A DNA stretch of 32,000 nt. Source: Mycobacterium leprae TN. Lineage in GTDB: Bacteria; Actinomycetota; Actinomycetes; Mycobacteriales; Mycobacteriaceae. A program made the translations under genes and the position numbers. A model generated the notes under the pieces. The model worked only from the letters and a program-made list of their open reading frames with translations. It was not told the origin of the DNA and ran no database searches. The stretch lies in the NCBI RefSeq assembly GCF_000195855.1, contig NC_002677.1:1830001-1862000 (forward strand). The letters are read 5' to 3'. This document shows, one piece after another, positions 12,480 to 21,054 of the stretch. Position 1 is the stretch's first letter; each line of letters starts with the position of its first letter.

Positions 12480-13890
12480 TTTTCCACAGTTAGCTGTTAA
12501 TTCCACAGAAGCTAGCTGGGACATGGCTCCCGGCGATACATCGAAATAGAGTTCGAACATCTTTTCGGTTTAAAGTGCCACCTGCGGGTAACTGTCAAGC
12601 TCGACGCATTCAACGCCGCTGTAACAGACATTGGCAAGCTGAACTTCGACGGCCTCGAGCCTCCTGCCCGCTTACATGCGCTGGAACAAAATGGAAACGA
12701 CTCGTTGGCGGCAGATCGCGGTAAGTCACGAGGTAGTTTCGGGCCTGGCCAAAGAGAATCTCGCTGTTGTCGGCGGCCCGGCTCACAAAGTGGTCGCCGA
12801 TTGGCTACGGACCAGCTGCGCCAAAACTCGCCGCCGGCTGAAGGAGTTGTCGCCGCGTTTAACACTCACCCACCGGCATATTGCTGCCAGACCTATCGGC
12901 TACCGCCCAGGCGTAGTAAAATAACTTCCTCGATGGTGAACACCTGCGAATAATTCAGACCTTCTTCCACAAGATCCCAGACGCAACGCCGTCCTATACG
13001 CTTGCTCACGCCGAGCAATTTCTTGCCCAACAAGCGGCAAAATCGCGTCCTAACCAGGTGGAAAAGCTGGCACACAGGTATGCGTTGCTGATCAACCCGG
13101 ACAGGAAATTTCCGGCTCCTACCGCGCGCTAGCGTGATTTTACCTGGTGCAGTCAACGGTCCAATGGGATGAGTAGCAGGATGCTGACCATATCCCCGGA
13201 ATAGTGACGCGTGGCTGGCATGATTCGCCATGCCCAGCATATGCAAACCTGGACTACCAATTACCCCATGTCAACGGCGTCACCGGCCAATCCAACGAAA
13301 GAAACAGCAGCCACGGACACGCGATAGCCACACCCAACGCCAACACAATGCGCTCACGGCCTTGGACCGGGGCCAATTGGGCGATCCGAAACTTGGTGTA
13401 TACAATGGACTCCCGGTGACAGTAATCGTGTGAACCACGCTTCAAGAGCTGACGTCGGCCGCGGACTGAGCGATAACGGACGGCGGTACACTGGTCCTGA
13501 TCCGAATGGCCAGCTATACTTAACTCTATTTGGCCGTGTGCGACAAGCATTCAAGTTATCCACTTGTATCTTGACCCACCTCGCCGAGTGACCTCACCGG
13601 ATCAACGAGCGGTCCTCTATGCTAAGGATCGCTGCTGCACACCCCCGGCTGCGACATACCCAGCGATTGCTCCGAAATTCACCACATAGATTGAATGGTC
13701 AGCCGGCGGTTTAACCGATGTCGACAAACTCGCCGTTGCACATAAGCCCAACCATAAGCAGGATGAACATGGCTAGAGGACAAGGAAACGCGTCCCCCCA
13801 CGACCGGCACCGAATGGATCACGCCGCCATATCGGGATCACGGCCAAGCCAGAACGAACAATTATCACCGCCCAGAACACCTGTTCGACA
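12480..13890 (+). pseudogene. DUF222/HNH endonuclease (REP13E12-type) pseudogene
   Basis: Across plus-strand frames the sequence reads 'LINPDRKFPAPTAR*RDFTWCSQRSNGMSSRMLTISPE', corresponding to NPDG.f.d..RARRRg..w..Q..DGMS...G.LTPE. It continues with 'LGVYNGLPVTVIV' and the HNH core 'GCTHPGCDIPSDCSEIHHID*', then 'TEWITPPYRDHGQARTNNYHRPEHLF'. Multiple stops and frameshifts interrupt it. The 5' boundary is uncertain. Confidence 0.6.
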
Positions 13891-13922
13891 TCAGTCAGCA
13901 CTGAGTGTTGATATGCGGCCTA

Positions 13923-14869
13923 TCAGGCATCGATGACCACCCGACTGCTTTTCGCCCGCGATACGCAGACCAGCATATCGTCATCGCCCTCGACGACGCG
14001 TCCACGCCGATGGACCTGTTCCAGCAATAACTTTGACCTTGGATGTTCCGCAGAAGCCTTACTGGCACGAGTACACCGTGGTCGGGTCCCAGTCAAGCAT
14101 GCTGTCAAGTGCCGACCGATTAGCCGGAACGCTGAGCACACGCCTCGACCGCGCAAGTTCCAACTCGAAAGAGAGCCCATCAACGAGTGGCGGCGGGCTA
14201 AACCGCTCGTAGTGCAGTGGCGCTTCGGCGTGTTCGTCACGAGCCAGCCGAACCCCCTCTACAATGGCGGTCGGCCCACACACGTAAACAGCCGTCATCG
14301 GCCCCTCACCGGTCAACAGATCATCTACAGTGGTGATGTGACCATGCCCCGTCGTCGGCCCATAACGGTGACCCGATCCGGGGCACCGCAACCACTTCAG
14401 CCAGAAACGGCATGTACTCCCAGCTACTACCGGCATATATTGCCCACCAGTTGTTTCCACGTTGCACAGCCACCTGGATCATCGACAGTATGGGAGTCAC
14501 ACCGATGCCGCCGATCACGAACAGCAAAATCACGCTAGGCCATGCCGAGATAGAAAGCGTTGCGAAGACCTTCGAACATTACGACGTCGCCCACATCGAA
14601 TCCATTATACATCTCAAGCGAACCGCCACCACCATCGGCGATACGACGGATCACCGATGGTGGTGAGCCACACGGCGCCCGAGCGTACCGCATAGCGAAC
14701 ATTGTCGCCGACGGCCCGATGGCAGCTGAACGTCGATATGCCCGCCGGGCGTCCCCAGGACGGGAGTAAACCACGCTTGCGCGTCGGCCAACGTCAACGC
14801 GACCACGTCAGGGGTAACGAGCTCGCGTCTTATAACTACCGCAAATTGAGTCCGCCACACCGGCTTCAC
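13923..14869 (-). pseudogene. Phthalate-dioxygenase-reductase-like oxidoreductase (flavin/NAD-binding plus 2Fe-2S ferredoxin domain) pseudogene (Rv2776c-like by position)
   Basis: At least four minus-strand fragments lie in different frames. 14651-14869 reads 'VTPDVVALTLAD..GGHIDVQLPSGRRRQCSLCG' (FAD/FMN-binding R-x-Y-S region). 14321-14533 reads 'LLFVIGGIGVTPILSMI' (NAD-binding GGIGITP). 14059-14460 reads 'VYVCGPTAIVEGV'. 13923-14240 is the ferredoxin tail '..MLVCVSRAKSSRVVIDA'. Confidence 0.65.
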
Positions 14870-15089
14870 CCACGACGGCTCCCCACCACGAAGCCGAGGC
14901 GAATACGCCTAACACCACACGAACACCCCACAACAATGTGGCAAGCCGATCACGGTTGCACCGACCCTACACAGTACTGGCCCAGATACTCTTTGACACG
15001 ATGCAATTCCACAACAGGCTCAAGCCCGTCGAATGTCCAAGCGCGTTAACAGCCGAAACACCGACAGGCTAATGCGGAGTATCGCGTAC

Positions 15090-15392
15090 TCACTCCTTGA
15101 TTCGGCAGCAATCGGCACGATCGCGAATCGTGCTTGTTGAACACGAGAATTCACCAGCTCCACGCACGTCGTAGACTACAAATGTTGTATCGGCCGTGGA
15201 AACGTTCACAGAACTCCCAAACCATTCCTTCCCAGACATAACCGCTTGGTCGGGCCAGCCGTGAACAACCAGGATAGTAGGGCGCTGCGGAATCAATCGC
15301 AATGTATCGATGTATCTCAAGGGTGATGCTGTCGGACGCCGTAATGTCAGCTGTCGATGTGGTGCTCTTCGATCAGTGCGAAGCACAAGCAA
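15090..15392 (-). pseudogene. Alpha/beta-hydrolase N-terminal fragment (truncated)
   Basis: 'PTILVVHGWPDQ....FVVYDVRGAGEFS' matches the HG-x-P / D-x-R-G-x-G-x-S start of alpha/beta hydrolases. No room remains downstream for the nucleophile and cap regions. Confidence 0.45.
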
Positions 15393-15433
15393 CTGGTGAG
15401 ACCGCTAAATGTCAACCACCCGCTCCAGCCGGC

Positions 15434-16300
15434 CTAAGTTGTGACGTGTGGAAACCCGGCTTGTGGCAGTCTCCAACGATCCTCACCAAACACCGTGGCC
15501 TGGGCCACCAATCCCCGGTGTGTTGCCACGAAGTAGTCGCCGCCAGTCCGGTTTGATCCCCTGCGGCAAGTAAGGATCCGCCGAGTGCAAGAACATACAT
15601 GAATCGCACTGTGCGAATCCACAGCAGCATCACCGGCGTGACTGCCAGTTAATAAGTGCCGTACCTGCCGCCAATATCCGCCGCGCAGATCCTTCATAGT
15701 GCCGAACGCCACCGCTTTATACTCAACCTCTGCGGACCCGTGCCACCGAAGCATGTCCAGCATCACCTGGTCGGCGCCGACGCCATCGAGCTGTGGAAGT
15801 CTAAATCCTCCTCCCCAAAAAATGGCGGTGTAGTGCTCAACTGCCGCTATGCACGAAACCTGCTCCAGCAACCAGCTGCGCTGCCGTCGCACGTTCCAGC
15901 GCGGCTTAATCCCTAGCAGTTTATCAAAGAGCCACTTGATCTGATCGGTGTACGGCATCAGGTCGACGCCCTGCGCGGCAAAGTGGGCAAGCACTCCGGA
16001 ATGCGCTTGGGAATACATAGCTTTCTGGCCGATGAATCCCTGCACAGCTAGCCGCAGCTGATCGTCCTTAATTCAGTGGCAACGTCTTCTTAAGCACCTA
16101 AACGAGAAACTCCTCGCCCGTGAGCAACTGCAGGTGCAGCAGATTGATGTGGGTAGCCAACGGATCGTTAGGCACGATAATATTTAGTGAAACGATAACT
16201 TCGCCCAATCGAACCCAACATTGCGCGCTTCGAGAACAAAACGCTCATGATCTAAAGAAGCGTCATATGGACCCGCTGCCTCGTCATAGACGGTGAACAT
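15434..16300 (-). pseudogene. Metal-dependent hydrolase family (PF10118-like) pseudogene
   Basis: The ATG at 16300 opens MFTVYDEAAGPYD..NVGFDWAKLSFH*, with in-frame stops. After frame changes it continues with 'IKDDQLRLAVQGFIGQKAMYSQAHSG' and 'AAVEHYTAIFW', then 'WHGSAEVEYKAVAF' (WH.aEE.EHK.vAFD). Only the C-terminal 203 codons remain open. The family assignment is from memory. Confidence 0.5.
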
Positions 16301-16327
16301 CGAACATCCTTGCCTCTGTGTGAAAGT

Positions 16328-16800
16328 TTACACCAATTGAGCAAATATCAAATATCGTAGTGATGTCCGGGTTCCTGCGACATCGGCATCAGCTCTACCA
16401 CGAACGCGAGCAAATCGTCGGTGTCGCGGGCAGCTAAGTGCAGGATGAAGTCTTCGGCGCCGGCCAAATATAGACATATCCATCACATGGCGCCTGCGGC
16501 GGATCTGCTGAATGAAGCTGCGGATCGTCCCACGCACGCACTGAACTGTAGGCTGACCGAGATCATTGCCTACAGCGGCAGTCACACTGCGAGCGGATCG
16601 ATGTCGGTATAAAACCTGATAAAACCTGCTGATAACGCCGAGGTCACAAGCCGCCAAACCCGGCCATGACACGTTGACGGAGCACCCGACCACCTCCGGT
16701 AGCGCGTTGTTGGTCATCCAGGCATAGCCGTGCAGCAAGCCCAGAATTCTGCAATCCACCGCATCAATATCAGAAGGCCGACCATCCTTCGATTAAGTCA
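16328..16800 (-). pseudogene. aldR: Lrp/AsnC-family transcriptional regulator pseudogene, divergent from ald (Rv2779c/AldR-like by position)
   Basis: The HTH half reads 'DIDAVDCRILGLLHGYAWMTNNALPEVVG...LGVISRFY'. A perfect 10-bp tandem duplication (ATAAAACCTG x2, 16609-16628) then shifts the frame. The ligand-binding half ('YLAGAEDFILHLAARDTDDLLAFVVELM') is only readable in another frame and contains stops. Confidence 0.7.
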
Positions 16801-16872
16801 CCCCGCTCACCTCACGGTTCTGTTAACCTACTAGATATATCGAAATAGTCATCGCCTATATCAACATCAGCG

Positions 16873-16882
16873 ATATCGATAT
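16873..16882. promoter_or_regulatory. Perfect 10-bp palindrome ATATCGATAT in the aldR-ald divergent intergenic region; candidate operator
   Basis: It is its own reverse complement. A related half-site, ATATCGAAAT, lies at 16837-16846. Both sit in AT-rich DNA 85-130 nt upstream of the ald ATG. No function is demonstrated. Confidence 0.25.
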
Positions 16883-16953
16883 AGCATCAGAGGGATTGCG
16901 GACTATCCGAACTTTCTTCACACTTGAGCCATAACCTCAACGATCTTGAGCCA

Positions 16954-16960
16954 GGGGGAG
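16954..16960 (+). promoter_or_regulatory. Shine-Dalgarno-like GGGGGAG for ald
   Basis: A purine-rich GGGGGAG lies 5 nt upstream of the ATG at 16966, which opens the conserved MRVGIPTE N-terminus. Confidence 0.5.
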
Positions 16961-16965
16961 TGATT

Positions 16966-18081
16966 ATGCGAGTCGGCATTCCGACCGAGACCAAAAACAA
17001 CGAATTCAGGGTGGCCATCACGCCGGCCGGCGTGGCCGCCCTGACACACCGCGGCCACGAGGTGCTTGTGCAAGCAGGCGCCGGAGAAGGCTCGGCAATC
17101 GCCGACGCGGAGTTCAAGGCAGCAGGAGCCCAACTGATCAGCACTCCCGAGCAGGTGTGGACCGAGGTCGACCTGCTACTCAAGGTCAAAGAGCCCATGC
17201 CCGCAGAGTATGTTCACCTACGACACGGCCAGATCCTGTTTACGTATCTGCATCTAGCTGCCTCACGCCCTTGCACCGACGCATTATTGGCCTCCGGCAC
17301 AACGTCAATCGCCTACGAGACCGTGCAGACCGCCGACGGCGCGCTGCCGTTACTAGCTCCAATGAGCGAGGTTGCCGGACGACTGTCGGCTCAGGTAGGG
17401 GCCTATCACCTAATGCGGACCCACAGGGGGTGCGGGGTACTGATGGGTGGAGTGCCCGGCGTCGAACCCGCTGACGTGGTCGTGATCGGCGGCGGGACTG
17501 CGGGATATAACGCCGCTCGAATTGCCAACGGTATGGGTGCGACCGTCACGGTTTTTGATGTCAACATCAACAGACTTCGGGAGCTCGACGCGGAGTTCGG
17601 TGGCCGCCTCCGCACCCGCTACTCGTCGGCCTACGACCTAGAAGGTGCGGTCAAGCACGCCGACCTGGTGATCGGCGCCGTCCTGGTGCCAGGCGCCAAA
17701 GCCCCCCGATTGATATCGAATTCGCTTGTCGCACATATGAAGCCGGGTGCTGTGTTGGTCGACATCGCCATCGATCAGGGCGGTTGTTTCGAAGATTCGC
17801 AGCCGACCACCCATGATCAACCGACGTTCGCGGTGCATGACACGCTGTTCTACTGTGTGGCAAACATGCCTAGCGCGGTGCCCAAGACATCGACATTCGC
17901 GCTGACCAATGCAACGATGCCATATATACTCAAACTCGCGGACCAAGGCTGGCAGGAAGCCTGCCAATCGGATCCCGCTTTGGCAAAAGGTCTTTCGACG
18001 CATAACGGTGCACTGTTGTCTGAACAGGTAGCCACCGACCTGGGATTGGCCTTCACCGAACCGGCAAGCGTGCTGGCCTGA
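16966..18081 (+). CDS. ald: L-alanine dehydrogenase
   Basis: Uninterrupted ORF with 'MRVGIPTETKNNEFRVAITPAGV', 'LLKVKEP', 'LAPMSEVAGR', the NAD-binding 'VVVIGGGTAGYNAARIANGMGA', 'DIAIDQGGC' and 'FYCVANMP'. It is close to Mtb Ald (Rv2780) along its whole length as I recall it. The ORF track's TTG at 16924 adds 14 non-conserved residues and is probably not the start. Confidence 0.95.
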   Translation: MRVGIPTETKNNEFRVAITPAGVAALTHRGHEVLVQAGAGEGSAIADAEFKAAGAQLISTPEQVWTEVDLLLKVKEPMPAEYVHLRHGQILFTYLHLAASRPCTDALLASGTTSIAYETVQTADGALPLLAPMSEVAGRLSAQVGAYHLMRTHRGCGVLMGGVPGVEPADVVVIGGGTAGYNAARIANGMGATVTVFDVNINRLRELDAEFGGRLRTRYSSAYDLEGAVKHADLVIGAVLVPGAKAPRLISNSLVAHMKPGAVLVDIAIDQGGCFEDSQPTTHDQPTFAVHDTLFYCVANMPSAVPKTSTFALTNATMPYILKLADQGWQEACQSDPALAKGLSTHNGALLSEQVATDLGLAFTEPASVLA

Positions 18082-18099
18082 CGTCAATCCCGCCCGGCC

Positions 18100-18850
18100 A
18101 GTAACCAGTAACTTGTCCGTTTAGACTTCAAGGTGTCGTCGTGATGGTCATTTGGTGGTTATTTTTTGCTGGTTTGGGTTTGGGTGGTGGTGTTGTGGTG
18201 GGCTGGTGGGGTGTGGGTGGTTGATCTGCGCTAGAAGGTTGCCGTATGTGCCGCCGACGGCCGGATCATCGATGCACTGTTCACTAACACGATACTGCTG
18301 CACCCGGCGGCATGCCTGCTTGCTGGCTGAGGGCCGGTCAACAAGCCGCCGACACCGATACCAGCGGCAGAAATGGTGCAAGGGATAACATCAGGTGCGA
18401 ATAGTTATACCGTGCACGGGGACGTGCCTGTTCAGGTGCGGCCACATTGACCACGCCGACACCTCAAGGCCATGACATGCACACTAAAACGCCCCTACCC
18501 CGCGGCGCTAACAACTATCCTCACACTCACGCCTGCATCGATATCGCCTTCAGCACAGCCCAGGTGCCCAGCCCCTGGCATCATCAACATGTAGACCAAG
18601 CAGCATCCACCACCGACATGCTTACGTGCGCCGCGCTAATCGTGTCCACTGCGGCAAAGCACACGAAGCCTCATCGAAAGCAGGCAGTCAGCCACCCACC
18701 AACAAAAACCCCGCAACACAGCAAAACACGTCAACAGGATTCCGGGCTGCCCCCCACGACTACCGAACATATCGGCCAGTCATAAAACGCAAAAACAGCC
18801 ATTTCACCCACCACCTATGAAACCAACCGAACAACTCACCGCCACAGACA
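18100..18850 (-). repeat. RLEP, the M. leprae-specific dispersed repeat (boundaries approximate)
   Basis: There are exact matches to published RLEP PCR oligonucleotides as I recall them. CGCTAGAAGGTTGCCGTATGTG lies at 18229-18250. The reverse complement of GCAGCAGTATCGTGTTAGTGAA lies at 18280-18301. CACCGATACCAGCGGCAGAA lies at 18353-18372 and CAGAAATGGTGCAAGGGA at 18368-18385. The reverse complement of TGAGGTGTCGGCGTGGTC lies at 18449-18466, that of TGCATGTCATGGCCTTGAGG at 18462-18481, and that of GCACGTAAGCATGTCGGTGG at 18610-18629. Primer spacings give 129-bp and 99-bp nested products, matching my memory of the assay. The strand call assumes the forward primers define the element's sense. 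Confidence 0.9.
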
Positions 18851-18869
18851 CAAGACCGAGTCCTTCTTT

Positions 18870-19765
18870 GGAGATGGGACCCAAAAGTGTGGATGGAACG
18901 AACTTGAGGAATTGCGTTATGGGCAAGCTTGTCAGAACCCCGATGTCGTTGAACTGCGTAGTAAAGTCAAGGAGAAAATCCTGATTAAGAAATACAGGGC
19001 GGTAAGTATCCGATGCACCCGGTTGGCCGAAAGGCCGTTGAAGAGCGCGTTAACGGTAACGATGTAGCCCAGCCGGTGGCAGGCTTGAGCCCCACTTGTA
19101 GCACCGAGAACAGTGAGTTGAGCATGTAGGCTATTGGCTAATAACAGCGTCTGGGCATTGTTAGTTGTGGTCGCAGCAGCTTAGGCCAGCGCGTCGGCCT
19201 GGCCGACTGGTGTGCTGGTGTCGGTGACTTAGAGTGGCGCGGTGAACACAGTCAGTGTAGTGGCAGCCGCCTAGGTACCGACGAGATGGTCATGGCCCGA
19301 GCGTCTTAGACACACATGTCGAGATAGCGGGCTTCGAAGACTGCAATCGCGGTGGTATGGTGCTTGAATACGAATAAGGGGACGCCACCATCAGAGCTAG
19401 TTGACTGCGGTTGGCTGCTATTTATTTCCGGTGGTGCGTAGTCGGCCAATACAGTCTCGTAGGCGCTCGCGGTGACATTGACTTGGATCGCCGGCTTAGG
19501 TGGTTTGTACGGTGGTAGCGTGTAACCAACTCAGAAAAAGGTGAGAGCGTTGATCCTGGATAGCGACAACGGACCCCTATCCAGGACAGCCGGTCAGAGT
19601 CGAGATCACTGACGAATACCAGGAACAGGATGGACTATAGTTCCCTGCCCAGGGAATCCCAGGCCACCGTGTCGACGCCGCACCCAACCCAAATCTGAAC
19701 AAGCATAGATCCTGGCGAAGTTAATTTCGGGCGGAAACGCCGCGTAAAATATCTCGATCCCCCTT
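18870..19765 (-). pseudogene. PPE-family pseudogene (distal copy), 3' end abutting RLEP
   Basis: The minus strand reads 'YAAFPPEINFARIYA' (PPE N-terminal motif), then 'AWDSLGRELYS'. After shifts it reads 'TTAIAVFEARYLDMCV*DARAMT', corresponding to 'NTpaIaa.EA.Y.eMWaQDAaAM'. There are many stops and no start codon. Confidence 0.6.
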
Positions 19766-19789
19766 GTTAGTTGACGATAGGTGGTACTG

Positions 19790-20737
19790 AACTGTCACTG
19801 GCCACGATAGTGCCCAACGCCTGCCCGGCCGCTCCACAGCCAAGAAGATTCATAAACACGCCAATGCGTTGGGCAAGTGCAAAAAACCCGAACCCAAATA
19901 TGCTGTTTCCCAGGTCGGGATTTAGCATGACACCCAAACCGATGTCACAGGTACCGTAATGTACGAATACATACTCAGAAAACCATCGATTCCCGTGGTG
20001 TAATTAGCCTAACCCTGAGCAAACGGATTTAACGTCGACCACGAGCTCACTGATGATTCCAACAAGACCCGACGATGGCGATGACAACCCCTGCAGTGCG
20101 ACGGCAACAATGCAGAGCAACTAAGACAACTTGCTCTGCTGGGTGGCCTAGTCGACGCATCCGTACTTTGAGCCACCGCAGCGGACTGGGCGACCAATCC
20201 AGGGTCAGCTACAGCTGAGTGAGCGAGGTCAACCGGGTGGCCGCCACCAAGGAACCGGCATAGTCCTACATCGCGGCTGCGTCTTGGGCCCACACTTTGG
20301 CTTAGTCCCCCTCGACGGCTGCAATCACCGGAGTGTTTTGACCTAATGCGTTGTTTACGACCAGTGACATCAAGCCGATTGCGGTTTGCCAGGATGAGCG
20401 ACGGGGCATCGTTTTAGAGAATGCGATCATCCATACGCCCCGGTGGCCGCCGTCTCTTGCGCAACGGTCTAGCTCCACCTGAGCGGCAGCCGTGCTCAGC
20501 CACACCGCATAGAGCGCGGCCGCAACCGCCATCGACAACCACCGGACCCCGACACTCCTCATTGGCCAGCTCTAAAACTACCGACCCATACAACACAGCG
20601 CCGCCGACCGCAACTCCGCGACCAATCCACACCAAGCCGACTCAGCGGCCAGTAGTGGCGTGAAGCCAATTCCCGGCATAGGCATGCGCGCGGAGCTGAT
20701 CGGGTGGCAACGTGACAAAGTCCGGGGCTGCAGTCAT
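19790..20737 (-). pseudogene. PPE-family pseudogene (proximal copy)
   Basis: The ATG at 20735-20737 opens 'MTAAPDFVTLPPDQLRAHAYAG'. ORF 20302-20562 carries 'AAALYAVWLSTAAAQVE...MSLVVNNALGQNTPVIAAVE'. The following 'WAQDAAAM*' has an in-frame stop. The fragments lie in at least three frames. Confidence 0.65.
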
Positions 20738-20756
20738 CGTTACCCTCCTTTGTCTA

Positions 20757-21054
20757 GCTGACCGCGATCGCGTTGGCAGCTTCGGTAGACCGCATAGGAA
20801 TCCCCGCTCGCGCCCAAAATCCCGACAAACAGCTCGTGCAATTACCATCGTTGGGCACTCGCCAACTGGTACATCGCGCCGTATGGGTTGACATCATGGT
20901 TGCGGTCAAAGCTGATATCTCGTCAACGACGAGTAGCAGGCAACCCAGCAGTCGCAGCTGCGTTTTGCGTAGCGATCACGGATCCAACCCTGCTTACGTG
21001 ACTATCCTACTTTATCTAAGATAACACTTCTGGATGCGTAAAGACAAACGACAT
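20757..21054 (-). pseudogene. PE-family pseudogene immediately upstream of the PPE remnant
   Basis: The ATG at 21052-21054 opens 'MSFVFTHPEVLS*IK*', the PE signature followed by in-frame stops. The C-terminal 'LHELFVGILGASGDSYAV' corresponds to the PE 'IHE.FV..L..S.gSYA' end. Confidence 0.6.

Noticed and set aside
13933-14538. 201-aa plus-strand ORF, the longest unexplained ORF in the decayed region
   Set aside because: It runs antisense to the oxidoreductase pseudogene fragments. It is Arg/Pro/Ser/Thr-rich without motifs or a ribosome-binding site. I see no evidence that it is a real gene.
16924-16965. TTG-initiated 14-codon extension of ald
   Set aside because: The conserved Ald N-terminus is MRVGIPTE at 16966, with GGGGGAG just upstream. 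That RBS would lie inside the extension.
17638-18087. 149-aa minus-strand ORF within ald
   Set aside because: It is antisense to alanine dehydrogenase and is Arg/Cys/His-rich. It is a shadow ORF.
18447-18785. 112-aa plus-strand ORF inside RLEP as an element-encoded protein
   Set aside because: It is His/Thr/Pro-rich and of low complexity, with no transposase or other motif. RLEP is regarded as non-coding, and I see no inverted terminal repeats or target duplications that I can verify.
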